Below are positions 12,911-25,800 of a DNA stretch of 64,000 nt, piece after piece. Source of the DNA: Chrysemys picta bellii. Taxonomy: Eukaryota. The notes under the pieces are model-generated. The model was not told the origin of the DNA and searched no databases. It worked only from the letters and a program-made list of their open reading frames with translations. The position numbers and the translations under genes were made by a program. The first letter of the stretch is position 1. Each line of letters begins with the position of its first letter. The stretch covers positions 8,680,001-8,744,000 of the forward strand of contig NC_088794.1 in the NCBI RefSeq assembly GCF_011386835.1. The letters are read 5' to 3'.

Positions 12911-15772
12911 TACCAGGGGAAAGAATTGTGCCCAGGCCTGGAAGGTGTCCAGTCTGAGGAAAAAACTTACTGAAGCATCTCTGATGGTGAGATTATCTGT
13001 ATTCAGTTCGATTAGACATAGATTTGCACATTTTATTTTATTTTGCTTGGTGACTTACTTTGTTCTGTCTGTTACTACTTGGAACCACTTAAATCCTACT
13101 TTCTGTATTTAATAAAATCACTTTTTACTTATGAATTAACTCAGAGTATCTGTTAATACCTGGGTGGGCAAACAACTGTGCATATCTCTCTATCAGTGTT
13201 CTAGAGGGCAAACAATTTATGAGTTTACCCTGCATAAGCTTTATACAGGGTAAAACGGATTTATTTGGGTTTAGACCCCATTGGGAGTTGGGCATCTGAG
13301 TGCTAAAGACAGGAACACTTCTGTTAGCTGCTTTCAGGTAAACCTGGAGGTTTGGGCAGGAGCGCCGCCAGCTTTTTGCCGCCCTAGACGGCGGAAGGTC
13401 CCGCCCCAGAAATGCCGCCCCCGACAGAGGCGGTGGAAGGTCCCACCCCCGAAATACCGCCGACGACTGGGGTGGCAGAAGATCCAGCCGCTGCAGTCAC
13501 CGCCCCCCAAAGGTTAGTGCCCTAGGCAACCGCCGAGGTCGCCTAATGGGTTGCTCTGGCCCTGGGTTTGGGGCATGTAATTCAGACCCTGGGTCTGTGT
13601 TGGAGCAGACGGGAGTGTCTGGCTCAGCAAGACAGAGTGCTGGAGTCCTGAGCTGGCAGGGAAAGCAGAGGGATAGAAGTAATCTTGCCACATCGGGTGG
13701 CAGCTCCCAAGGGGGTTTCTGTGATCCAACCCATCCCAGTGGCATAGTTGAGCAGGATCTGTGCACAGTTGATTGCTTTGAGATACTGATCGTGATTTTA
13801 AGTGAGTGTTAAGTGTGGTGGCTGGAGAACAGACGAAGTGGTTACTGGGCTGTTATTTTCTGTTTGCTTATTTCGGGTAAGGGAAGTAGGGACAGAAAAG
13901 GAAGCAAAATAAGTAAGAAGGAAGATTAGAAGAAACTAAAACTGCACAGGGTGCAAATTGCCCAGAAAGGCTGAACACTGGGCACTGTGAAAGTCTGTGT
14001 TAACTAAGAAGCCCCTGAGCAGAGTGCATCCCAGTTTCAGTGAACTGCAGATGGGTGTGGCCCAACCTCTGTGTCTGTGCTGAAGCTGACTGGAGTGTCT
14101 AACTTAGCAAGGCAGGAGTGGAGGGGTGCCTGTTCTGGCAGGAGGGGTTCTCTGTGGTATCCCAGCTCATCGAGTGATGGTCTCAAGGGAAGACAAATGG
14201 AAATTGATGGGCTATTTGCCTAGGAAAAGGCTGCCCACCAGCAAACCCTGGACTTAAAAGACAAAGCGATTAAGACTCAGAAACATGAACTGGCTGTAAT
14301 GGAGTGGAAGAGGTGCACAGAGACATGTATCCTGGAGCTGGAAGTTGGGGTCCTGGTGACTGCTGCGGTGGGAACGAACCCCAAGGACTCTAGCTGGAAG
14401 CAAACCTAACCTGAGTGAAGGGGGGGGAGGGGGATTTTGCTGGCCAGCAAAAGGTCTGTCATAGCTGGTAGCTGTGAGCCTACAGCTGGATCAGGGTCTT
14501 TCCCTTTTGGGGGACACAGGAGTGTCTGCCCCACAGGGGAGCCCAAAAACAAATTTTAGGTATACTGCCTCCGCCATGGTCAGTGTCCAAGTCTCTGGCA
14601 GTAAGTGCAGAAAGAGGGTGTGACGTTGTGCAGTCTATATGGTTTTATAAAAATATGGTAATGAGTGAATATAATGTAACTGGAATATGCTTCAGGTAAA
14701 AGGTCTCTTGTAAAGTATCATTACAAAGCTTATAATCTACTGAGTGTGACCATCCTATTTGTATAAATGTACCACTCTTGTATCTGGGACTAGAAAGAGG
14801 AAATATAATGGAGGGCTTATTGTAATTATGCAAAGTGTGAGCCATTAATGGTGGTTTGGAATCTTAAAGGCTCCCATCAATCAGGACAATTGACTGGGGC
14901 TCTGTTTTCAAGCAAGCCTTCCTGTGACTCAGGCTGGGAGGAATGAAGGCTTGGGGGTCTTACAGTGACATGTGATCATGTCACAAGAACTGGAATCCAT
15001 CTTTAACCTGGTGCTTTTCCAGTGAGGGGGGAGTGGAAACCCAGAGAGAGACAAAGGATTCCCGCCTTATGCAAAAGATATATAAAGGGGTGGAACAGAA
15101 CAAAAGAGAGAGGAGCCATCATGAAGAATCCCCTAGCTACCACTTGAGCTGGAACAAGAGCTGTACCAGGGGAAACAATTGTGCCCAGGCCTGAAAGGTG
15201 TCCAGTCTGAGGAAAAAACTTACTGAAGCATCTCTCAGGGTGAAATTATCTGTATTCAGTTTGGTTAGACATAGATTTGCGCATTTTATTTTATTTTGTT
15301 TGATGACTTACTTTGTTCTGTCTGTTACTACTTGGAACCACTTAAATCCTACTTTCTGTATTTAATAAAATCACTTTTTACTTATTAATTAACTCAGTAT
15401 ATATTAATACCTGGGGGAGCAAACAACTGTGCATATCTCTCTATCAGTGTTCTAGAGGGCGAACAATTTATGAGTTTACCCTGCATAAGCTTTATACAGG
15501 GTAAAACGGATTTATTTGAGTTTAGACCCCATTGGGAGTTGGGCATCTGAGTGCTAAAGACAGGAACACTTCTGTTAGCTGCTTTCAGGTAAACCTGCAG
15601 CTTTGGGGCACGTAATTCAGACCCTGGGTCTGTGTTGGAGCAGACGGGAGTGTCTGACTCACAAGACGGGGTGCTGGAGTCCTGAGCTGGCAGGTAAAGC
15701 AGAGGGAGAGAAGTAGTCTTGGCACATCGGGTGGCAGCTCCCAAGGGGGTTTCTGTGATCCAGCCCATCACA
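12911..15772 (+). mobile_element. Internally deleted, non-autonomous Gypsy-type LTR retrotransposon: truncated 5' LTR 12911-13738, internal 13739-14618, complete 3' LTR 14619-15772
   Basis: Two homologous LTRs, ~95% identical over the 3' ends compared. TG...CA on the 3' LTR. PBS-like TGGCATAGTTGAGCAGGAT right after the 5' LTR resembles the complement of the tRNA-Ser 3' end (TGGCGTAGTCGGCAGGAT). Purine tract AGAAAGAGGG precedes the 3' LTR. Broken coiled-coil gag-like peptide near 14200. Confidence 0.85.
13357..13564. mobile_element. hAT-type MITE inserted in the 5' LTR
   Basis: CAGG...CCCTG ends; exact 8-bp TSD GGTTTGGG; absent from the 3' LTR copy. Confidence 0.85.
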
Positions 15773-17047
15773 ACCTCCTCTAATGAGACCTCGCTCTGAG
15801 ACAGTTCCTCAGATGTGTCACCTAAAAAGAATGGCTCAGGTTTGGGAATCTCCCTCCCATCCTCAGCCATGAAGACAGATGCAAAGAATTCATTTAGTTT
15901 CTCCTCAATGGCCTTATCGTCCCTGAGTGCTCCTTTAGCATCTCGATTGTCCAGTGGCCCCACCGGATGTTTAGCTGGCTTCCTGCTTCTGATGTACTTA
16001 AAAAAAGTTTTGCTATTACTTTTTGAGTCTGGCTAGCTGTTCTTCATATTCTTTTTTGGCCTTCCTAATTATATTTTTACACTTCATTTACCAGATTTTA
16101 TGCTCCTTTCTATTTTCCTCAATAGGATTTAACTTCCACTTTTTAAAGGATGCCTTTTTGCCTCTCCCTGCCCAAAAGAAGGAACATCCTGCAGCCCAGC
16201 CAGTGAGCCAAGCAGTGATGGTCCCTGAGGCCATGGCAGGACCAGTTTAAATCCCTGTCCAATGAAGCTCCTTAGTTTTTAATTGTGGGGCCTTTAATCA
16301 TGGGGCCGTTGATCAAGTTGAGTTATTTGCTAATAATGTCCCAGGATGTCTGATGGCTCATGGGGGAAGCAGGGATGGGTGTCGCCATCTGTGACTTTCT
16401 GTGACAGAATTGGGGGATAAAGGGGCTTTTCAGCAGTAGCTGGGGGGGACGGGACTGTCCCCTGTTGCCCTTATGAAGGGGGGGTTTCTTCCCCCAGAGC
16501 TGCTTCCAGAATCACCCCCATCTGCCCCAATAGAGACAGGACAAACAGACCTAAATAACCCCCACCCTCCCCTACCCCACCAGAGACTGAGGGGAGTAAA
16601 GTACTGCCTGGCCAGGGCTGTTCAGCCACCTGCCCCTGGGCCAACTGCCATAACTGCCACTGTGGAAGGACCCATTCTCACTGGTGGAATAGGGGACGGC
16701 ATGTTTGACACAATTCTCAAATCTGGTGCTTTAGTAAAAATCCCCCCTTCATTAAGAGAGCAGAAAAAAATAAAAGGTTTTCAGTGACCAGGCAACAAAA
16801 ATGAAACTTCAAATCTGAGCCTGTTGCCCTCTCCCTCCCCAATACTGAAGTGGTTTGTCCCATCAGCTGGGCGTTTTTATGCTTTTTTTTCTGCCACTGG
16901 GAGAAACCATTTCCCTGTGTGGGGGTTGTTAAAATATCTGGGGAGCTTGTTTAATTTGGGATTTTTTCCTGTTAGGAATTTTAAAATAAAATCCCTCCCC
17001 TCACAACATTAGCTCCTTTTCAATCTGGAGGATAAAAATCCTGAGTC
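15105..17047. repeat. Left arm of ~1.9-kb inverted repeat (partner 18575-20488)
   Basis: Same ORFs appear on opposite strands (15394-15963 - vs 19626-19931 +; 15815-16036 + vs 19553-19774 -); continuous reverse-complement alignment by eye. Confidence 0.93.
15773..16165 (-). mobile_element. CR1 LINE ORF2 fragment
   Basis: KYIRSRKPAKHPVGPLDNRDAKGALRDDKAIEEKLNEFFASVF is typical CR1 ORF2 upstream of RT. Confidence 0.9.
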
Positions 17048-17663
17048 AGATGTATACTGTCCTCCCAGAGCATTCCATCACAGGATCGTGTCTTCCTAAT
17101 GGAATATGTGTGTCTGATGGAGAATTTATGGCCTATTCATGCCGAGCAAAATTGAAACTTCCCAGATCCACAGATAATTGGCATAGATTGCATTTCTCTG
17201 TGGGGGCCTGACACTTTCCCCTAAAAGTTTGCGCCTATGAGCAGCTCAGAGATGGGATTTGTTCCTTAGTGGCCCCTTCCCTCCCTGCCATGGAGCTTTT
17301 ACTGCCCCAGTGAATTCCCTGTATTTGGGATATTTCCAACCCCTTGCTTTGGTTCCCCTCTAAATGCTCCTGCAGCATCCCCCATAGGGTCCTTGTTCAT
17401 AGATCACTCAGCACTGCTCTCATGGGGGAGGGCACTTGCTGTGCTTGAGGCAGATGCTGTCCTGCCTTTTGGGGCTGTTTCTGGCCTAGGTGTGTGACTT
17501 CTGAATAAAAAAATTTCTGAGATGCAAAAACTGGTTCAGCAGGCTCCAGCCCAGAAGAATCCTATGCAGAAACTAGGATAAAATATAAAACTCCCAGATT
17601 AAATTACTGAGGAGTAAATATATCGGTGAGTAAATGTGTGGCAAGGAGTAAGATGATGGAGAT

Positions 17664-17930
17664 GGGCTGGATGCCTCAGCTGGATGGGATACAGAGCCTT
17701 TCACCTCTGGGGCATCAGTTCAACTTCAACCCCGGCCTGGTCAGCAGCACCCAATGTAATTTGATTGTGTGTGAGGCTATGAATGACTTGGTGGGGGTCC
17801 ATCCATTTGCTAATGGGCAGGTATCCCTGTCCCCTCCCAAACCCATCAGCACTAATAGCCCATTGCTGGATTCAGTAGAGAATCCAGGGGGCTGAATGGG
17901 CCGCGGAGACTTAACTCTCCCCTCACTCCT
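17664..17930 (+). mobile_element. LF-SINE remnant
   Basis: gggctggatgcctcag...gggatacagagcctttcacctct...gaatgacttggtgg...ggctgaatgggccgcggagact matches the LF-SINE consensus as recalled. Confidence 0.75.
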
Positions 17931-18186
17931 CGGGGCCGCGTGATGAGCCCGTCACAGCTGGGGGAGCCCACAAAAGAGCCCATGGCCAAGGGAGAGTTTA
18001 GACACCAGCAGGGAGTGAGTCGCTAACAGCCAAGGGGAGGTAACCAGACCTGCCCCTATAAAGACGAGACTGCCCCAGCCACAGGCCAAAGGGAAAGGGC
18101 TAAACTGGGGCATGTTTGAGCCCAGCCCTTTGGTGCCAATCTCCAGTGTAGCCCCCTCCTTGGTGTGGCAGCACGAGCGCTCCAGC

Positions 18187-18310
18187 TAGGGTGACCAGAT
18201 AGCAAATGTGAAAAAATCGGGACGGGGGTGGGGGGTAATAGGAACCTATATAAGAAAAAGACCCAAATATCAGGACTGTCCCTATAAAATCAGGACATCT
18301 GGTCACCCTA
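18187..18310. mobile_element. hAT (Blackjack-like) MITE
   Basis: TIR TAGGGTGACCAGAT / ATCTGGTCACCCTA; 8-bp TSD GCTCCAGC/GCTCCAGT. Confidence 0.88.
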
Positions 18311-18574
18311 GCTCCAGTCCCTGGGATCTGCCCCTTGCTGCACTACTCAGACCCCAGCCCCAAACAGTCTCTCCTTTCCCTAGTGTGTGTGGGGAGGAAT
18401 TTATGCCCCAGAGCTGCCCAGGCCTGACCCAGAAGGAGCCACTGCAGAGGGCAGGCACAGAGCTGTGTCTACTGCCCCTCCACCTGCCTGCCTGAGGGGA
18501 AGAGAAACAACCAACTGCAGTTCTGGGCTTGGAAAAACCATTCTCAAGTGTGTGGGGGGGGGAAATTATCCTCA

Positions 18575-20488
18575 GACTCAAGATTTTTATCCCCCCGATT
18601 GAAAAGGAGCTAATACTGTGAGGGGAGGGGTTGTATTTTAAAATTCCTGACAGGAAAAAATCCCAAATTAAACAAGCTCCCCAGATATTTTAACAACCCC
18701 CACACAGGGAAATGGTTTCCCCCAGTGGCGCGGGGGGGGGGGAAGAGGCCCCAAAACACCCAGCTGATGGGACAAACCACTTCAGTATTGGGGAGGGAGG
18801 GGGCAACAAAGGTTCAGATTTGAAGTTTCATTTTTGTTGCCTGGTCACTGAAAACCTTTTATTTTTTTCTGCTCTCTTAATGAAGGGGGAATTTTTACTA
18901 AAGCACCAGATTTGGGAATTGTGTCAAACATGCCACCCCCTGTTCCACCAGTGACAGTTATGGCAGTTGGCCCAGGGGGAGGTGGCTGAGCAGCCCTGGC
19001 CCGGGGGCACTTTACTCCCCTCAGTCTCTGGTGGGGTGGGGGTTATTCAGGTCTGTCTGTCCTGTCTCTGTTGGAGCAGGTGGGGGTGATTCTGGAAGCA
19101 GCTCTGGGGGGAGAAACCCCCCCTTCATAAGGGCAACAGGGGGCAGTCCCATCCCCCCCGCTACTGCTGAAAGGCCCCTTTATCCCCCAATTCTGTCACA
19201 GATGGCGACACCCATCCCTGCTCCCCCACGAGCTATCAGACACCCAGGGACATTATTAGCAAATAACTCAACTTGATCAATGGCCCCATGATTAACAGGC
19301 CCACAATTAAAAACCAAGGAGCTTCATTGAACAGGGATTAAAACTGGTCCAGCCGTGGCCTCAGAGTCCATTGCTGCTCAACTCACTGGCTGGGCTGCAG
19401 GACGTTCCTTCTCTTGGACAGGGAGAGGCAAAAAGGCATCCTTTAAAAAGTGGAAGTTAAATCCTATTGAGGAAAATAGAAAGGAGCATAAAATCTGGCA
19501 AATGAAGTGTAAAAATATAATTAGGAAGGCCAAAAAAGAATATGAAGAACAGCTAGCCAGACTCAAAAAGTAATAGCAAAACTTTTTTTAAGTACATCAG
19601 AAGCAGGAAGCCAGCTAAACATCCGGTGGGGCCACTGGACAATCGAGATGCTAAAGGAGCACTCAGGGACGATAAGGCCATTGAGGAGAAACTAAATGAA
19701 TTCTTTGCATCTGTCTTCATGGCTGAGGATGGGAGGGAGATTCCCAAACCTGAGCCATTCTTTTTAGGTGACACATCTGAGGAACTGTCTCAGAGCGAGG
19801 TCTCATTAGAGGAGGTTGTGATGGGCTGGATCACAGAAACCCCCTTGGGAGCTGCCACCCGATGTGCCAAGACTACTTCTCTCCCTCTGCTTTACCTGCC
19901 AGCTCAGGACTCCAGCACCCTGTCTTGCTGAGTCAGACACTCCCGTCTGCTCCAACACAGACCCAGGGTCTGAATTACATGCCCCAAAGCTGCAGGTTTA
20001 CCTGAAAGCAGCTAACAGAAGTGTTCCTGTCTTTAGCACTCAGATGCCCAACTCCCAATGGGGTCTAAACTCAAATAAATCCGTTTTACCCTGTATAAAG
20101 CTTATGCAGGGTAAACTCATAAACTGTTCGCCCTCTAGAACACTGATAGAGAGATATGCACAGTTGTTTGCTCCCCCAGGTATTAATATATACTGAGTTA
20201 ATTAATAAGTAAAAAGTGATTTTAATAAATACAGAAAGTAGGATTATGTGGTTCCAAGTAGTAACTCACAGAACAAAGTAAGTTACCAAACAAAACAAAA
20301 CAAAATAAAATGCGCAAATCTATGTCTAATCAAACTGAATACAGATAATTTCACCCTGAGAGATGCTTCAGTAAGTTTTTTCCTCAGACTGGACACCTTT
20401 CAGGCCTGGGCACAATTGTTTCTCCTGGTACAGCTCTTGTTCCAGCTCAGGTGGTAGCTAGGGGATTCTTCATGATGGCTCTCTCTCT
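18575..20488. repeat. Right arm of inverted repeat (partner 15105-17047); includes partial LTR 19817-20488 on the - strand
   Basis: Reverse-complement match to the left arm, including the same CR1/LTR junction (ggaggt|tgtgatggg). Confidence 0.93.
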
Positions 20489-21105
20489 CTGGTAGTCCCA
20501 TCTCCAAAAGATATATTGGAATTGGAAAAAGTACAGAAAAGGTCAACATAACGTTTAGGGGTATGAAACAGCTTTCATAGGAGGAGAAGTTAATAAGACT
20601 GGGACTTTTCACCCTAGAAAAGAGATGACTGGGGGGGGGGGGGGAATGTGATAGAAGTCTATAAAATCATGACTGGTGTGGAGAAAGTAAATAAGAATGT
20701 GTTATTTACTCCTTCTTATAACACAAGAACTAGGGATCACCAAATTAAATTCATACGCAGCAGGTTTCAAACAAAGAAAAAGTCAGTATTTCTCCACACA
20801 GCGCACAGTCGACTTGTGAAACTCTTTGCCAGCGGGTGTTGTGAAAGCCGAGACTATAACAGGGTTCAAAAAATAACTTTATAAATTCATGAAGGACAGG
20901 TCCATCAATGACTGTTGGCCAGGATGGGTTAGGGATGGTGGCTGTAGCCTGTTTGCCAGAAGCTGGGAAAGGGCTACAGGAAATGATCACTTGATGATTA
21001 TCTGTCTGTTCATTCCCTCTGAAGCACCTGGCATTAGCCACTGTTGGAAGACAAGATACTGGGGGAGATGAATTTCTGGTCTGACCCAGTTTGGCCATTC
21101 TTATG
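19425..21105 (+). mobile_element. 5'-truncated CR1 LINE interrupted by an LTR piece (19817-20488) and an internal deletion
   Basis: CR1 ORF2 peptide at 19425-19816; CR1 C-terminal peptide (MIEVYKIMTGVEKVNK..LFT.SYNTRTR.H) at 20648+; 3' end gacccagtttggccattcttatg at ~21083-21105. Confidence 0.88.
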
Positions 21106-21522
21106 AGCCTTGTTGGCCCCAGGATCGTTGGCTCCAGCTGCCTCCATCCCATAGCCAGTTGCTGTGTCCCTGGCTCTGCCTTGGCTTTTCGTTTCTTTCC
21201 TCCACATGATTTGTTGTTGGCCAGTGCAGCTTCCCTATGGGGACCGTGGGCTGCAGCACATCAGGATCTTTGCTCTGGCCCCGTGTGGAGAGTATGACAC
21301 ATTGGCCCTTTGCTCTCAGAGCTTCAGAGTCTCATTTCCCCAAGGCAGCACAACTAGCAATCTCAGCATTTCCCTCTCACTATGCACATATCCCAGACCC
21401 ATCAACACTTTCATAAGAACCTGGTTACAGCATGGGTCAATGTTCCAGTGCAGAGAAGAGCCATGTCCTTGTGACCTTGGTTGGGCCGAGATTGTAACCC
21501 TGTTACATGGATACGATTAGGA

Positions 21523-21815
21523 CTAGGCTACAGTGCAGCGTTTAGCAGTTACCAGGACAAAGCCAAGATGTAATGGGTCCTTGTGACTAAGATCTGATCT
21601 ACACCTAAAAAATGTGATTGACCTAGATACATCACTGAAGGCCGTGAAAAAAACTGTGCCTTGTGTGATGTAGTTAGATTAATCTAACCTCCAGTGTTAG
21701 ATCAATTCTTCCATCGCACTAGCTCCTGCCACTCGGAGAGGTGGATAAATATTGATGGAAAAACCCATTCTGTTGATGTAGGAAGTGTCTACTATGTTAC
21801 TGTGCCACTGCAGTG
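21523..21815. mobile_element. Old PIF/Harbinger-type non-autonomous element remnant
   Basis: Ends in agtgtagatatggc, resembling the GGCTA(C/T)GTCTACACT TIR family also seen at 62650. Confidence 0.4.
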
Positions 21816-22838
21816 TAGATATGGCTTGGGAGCTGCAGGGTAGCAGAGTCCCAAGTGAGGATAGAAATGGGGCAGATGCAATGTAAAGCTGTGGGGAGCT
21901 CCAGGCTGGGAGCTGGGGAAAAAGCTTTAGAAGAGACAAGGGAGCTCCTACCACAGTTAAAGCAGCATTTGCATTTTCACTGCTCTGGCTGCTCCCTCCC
22001 AGCAGCCGAAGCACAAACACCTGCAAGGGAGTGTCTGGAATAGAATGAACCCCTGATTTGGGGCCTTGTTTACAGGGAATTCAGGGTTCCAAGGCAGGTT
22101 CCCAGCAGCCAGGCAAAAGGAAAACACATGATACTGCTACCCCTAAAGCCCAAACAAGCAGAAAGGAGCCTGCAGGGCCAAGTGCAAGACATAGAGGAGT
22201 TCAGGGCCTGGAAGTCTATATTTACAGCCCAGGGATGTTCCTTTAGATCTAGCTGCTCAGCACCTGCGGGTGAGATGGAGAGAGCTGTGGGGCGTTGAAC
22301 CCTTCTGCCCTGCTGGGTCCCCAAACCCATGGGGTGCTCAATTAGACATGGACTTCAATTCTCTGTTGATCTCAGGCACTTCTCCTCCCATCTTGAGTCA
22401 TCACCTCTGTATCAAGCCACCTATTGGCTGCAAATGCATCCCTGTCCTTGAGCCCCTGTTTACTTTTCACTACTTAACAGTGTTTCCACCCAGGGAGCCA
22501 AAAGCCTTTTACAAATAGAGGTGTGGGCATGGGGAGAAAACATATCTGTAGCCTCAAAAACAGACCTCAGGATCTCCCAACTGACAGTCCTGCTCCAACT
22601 CTAGATGTCACACTTCTCCGGGAGCTGGGAACAGAACCCAGGAGTCCTGATTCCCAGCTTACCCTCACCCCAACCTCTTAGTATGCAAGACCATATCTGC
22701 TTTTCACTGTGATCACCCATCACAATCCCTCCTCGCAGCATTCAGTCACCCCAGGAAAGTGCTCCCTAAATTTCTCCCCAACCCTTTCCCATTCTATATC
22801 TGTGAGACCAGGGCAGAGGCCCAGATACCTGACACATG

Positions 22839-25800
22839 CTAGGCCACAAGACCCCCTGCCATGGGGCTGCTCTGGGGCAGTGGCTGCTCAGGACCTGCTG
22901 TGCAGCTGTGCCCATGGTTATGAGATGTGTGGGTCCTCTGATGTCTCGTGAGATGTGAGCTCTGGCTGAAGCGTCTCCCGCAGACGGTGCAGATATAGGG
23001 TCTCTGGCCCACATGGGTTCTCTGGTGCCGAGTGAGGTTGGAGCTGTCGCTGAAGCGTTGCCCACACTCGGTGCAGATGTAAGGTCTCTCCCCGGTGTGA
23101 GTTCTCTGATGCATCATGAGGACCGAGCTCTGGCTGAAGCTCCTACCACAGGCAGTGCAGACAAAAGGTTTCTGGCCGGCGTGCATCCTCCGGTGTTTTG
23201 TAAGAGCTGAGCTGTCGCCAAGTCTTTTCCCACACTCATCACAGGTCCAGCGTTTCTTGCTCGCGTGGACTCTTTGTGGTGTAATAAGGGCAGAGCCGAC
23301 ACTGATGCCCTTCCCACTCTTGGTGCGCTTATGAGCTTGTTCTGCCGGGTTGTGTTCCCCAGGGCGATGCTGCCCATTCTTTGTCTTGTGTTTTGGTTGC
23401 TCTCCTGAGTGACACGTTTCGCCTTTGTCGTCACCACTGGCCTTGCCATCGGCTGGAATGAGAGAAGAAGGTGGGATTAATTCCCTGAGCAGGAGAAGGA
23501 GTTTGGGGCAGGGGAACCACAAAGGGCTCCTCACCTGCTCACCCCATCAACAGGGCTGGGGATCAAGGTTTAGGTCCCCCAAACCCTCCCCCAGGGGGGG
23601 CTGGTTCTGTCTCAGTCTCCTCAGGTGAGAAAAAGGGTCATTGGGAATGGGACGGAGCATGAGTAACATGCACCCTGATGGGATGATGCCTGCTGGGGGG
23701 TGACACTGAGCCAGGGATGCAGGAAATGGCCCAGGAAATATCTGACCCCCCCCCAAAACCTTCCAGAGACACTTGCCCCCCAGCAAAACTGCCACAAGCT
23801 CACCCTCCCTCCCTACCCCTACCCCTCTCATCCTGCCTCTCCCTCAACAAACCAGATGCCCTACCAGAGAGAACACCTTCTGGGAAAGCAGCTGCCCTCT
23901 CTGAGTTTCCCCCATCCTCCCCAACGTGCACATGAGTTAATTAACTCCCCACTAGCCCTGGGAGGGGCCTGATACGTCTGGTGGCACCAGGCCTCATTGT
24001 GACCCACCCCTCTCACAGGATACATCTAGTCTGACCTCCTGGCTATTACATTTCACCCAGTTACCCCATTCTCAACACAATAACTTGTGTTTGACTAAAG
24101 CATCTTCCAGAAAGGGGTCCCTCTGGATTTGCAGACATCGAGAGAGGGAGACTCCATCTCTTCCATTGGGAGTTTGTTCCAATGGTTAATCATCCTCACT
24201 GTTAAGAATTTGTGTCTTATTTCTAATTAGAATTTGCCAGGGTTCACCTTCCAGCCATTGGCTCTTGTTCTGCCATTCTCTGCTACATTAAAGAGCTCTT
24301 TAGAACCCAGTATTTTCTTCCCAAGAAGGTACTTGCACACTTTAATCAAGTCACCCCTCAATCTTCTTTTATACAGGGAGTCCTCGGACTTACGACACAA
24401 TTCGTTCCTCAAAACTGCATTGCAAGTCGAAACCGTTTTTCCCATAGGAATCAATGGTATAAAGGGGAGATTGGTTTCTGAACCAAGGCTTGATACACTA
24501 TTTTCACCACAATAACCCAGATGTTTGTACTAAATGAATTATAGATGACTAATGTTGCAACATCAATGTATTTACTGTACGCTGTATTTTGTAAACAGCA
24601 TTAAAATAAACATATAAATTCACATATGCTTTGACCCAGAACACCCGCAACACAGGCTCAGAAAGCCAGGGAGATTGGCACACATGCTGAGCCTCAGCCA
24701 ATCACCAGTGATTGACTGAGCCTGGGGCCAGGAGCCAATCAAAAACAAGCGGCAACCCTGCCAAGCCACAAGCTACCCTGCTGCCTCAAAGCCAATCAGA
24801 AGTGACCCCTTCCAGCTCCGCACCAGTACTGTATAACAGCAACCAGGAAGTGATTTCAAGAGAACTTTATGCAACGTAAGGGCGAAACAAGTATTGTAGG
24901 GGCGAACCAGGGCAGTCAATTGAAAAGCGGCATAAGTGGCGTCCGACAAAAGTTGGGCACCGTAAGTCCAAGGACTCCCTCTATAAGTTAAACACTGAGC
25001 TCTCACGGTCAGGCATTTTGAATAACTTTTCAGAGTGGTAGCCGTGTTAGTCTGTATCAGCAAAAAGAACGTGGAGTACTTGTGGCTTTTTGAATAACTT
25101 TTGTGGCTCTTCTCTACACTCTCTCCAATTTGTCAACATTCTTTTTCCAATGTGAACATCAGATCTGGCCGCTGTATACCAGCATCAGTCTCACCATTCC
25201 CTGCTTCTACTTGTTACTCCCATTTATACATCCACGGATCATATTAGCCCTCAGGAGGATATGGGAGACACACAGAGCCCCTGGCATCTGGTTGGCAGAG
25301 CTTCAAGCCACCCCTGTAACTGTTAATAGTTGAAAGAACCTACAGTCACTAACACTCTGCTCAGCATAAACCCCTCCCCCTCCCCCACCAGTATTCTGCA
25401 GAGCAGCCCCCTCAGCTCTGCCCATCCTCCCAGTACAGTTCAAAATGCTGACACCCTGAATGACTTCTTTCCCAGACCAAAAAGAAATAAATAAATAAAG
25501 GGAATGGGGGTCTCAGAGAGAAAAGGAAGGAAGATGCAGGAGGCACAGATCCCATGGCATGAGGGGAAGAAGAATCTAGGGGGGCACACAGAGCCCTCAG
25601 CATGGGATTGGGGGGTTCAGATGGCCCCAGACATGGGGCTGCAGACAGTCTCTAAAATAGAGGGGGATGGGAGAGCGGCATCCAGGGAGCTTGTTGAGGG
25701 GAATGGGGAGGGCTGCAAGGAGCCATTGCTCTCCCCTGAGCGAGCCAGCAACCCCATTCCTCAAACATGCTCTGCCCTGGGCCTTCCCCTTTCTGCCTCC

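Larger units (their letters stand above)
24020..25330 (-). mobile_element. Old CR1 3' region, interrupted by a Tigger-like and a Penelope insertion
   Basis: ORF 24227-24454 (-) [27 protein letters not shown] is a CR1 ORF2 C-terminus; it continues after 24982. Confidence 0.75.

Noticed and set aside
15394-15963. 189-aa ORF (and mirror at 19626-20196) as a novel gene
   Set aside because: Chimeric read-through from a CR1 ORF2 fragment into antisense LTR sequence.
16195-16270. Possible tRNA-Gln-like remnant in the inverted-repeat arms (TGGACTCTGA in the right arm, ~19330-19400)
   Set aside because: Only the anticodon-arm-like 10-mer matches, the boxes are unconvincing, and the left arm lacks it.
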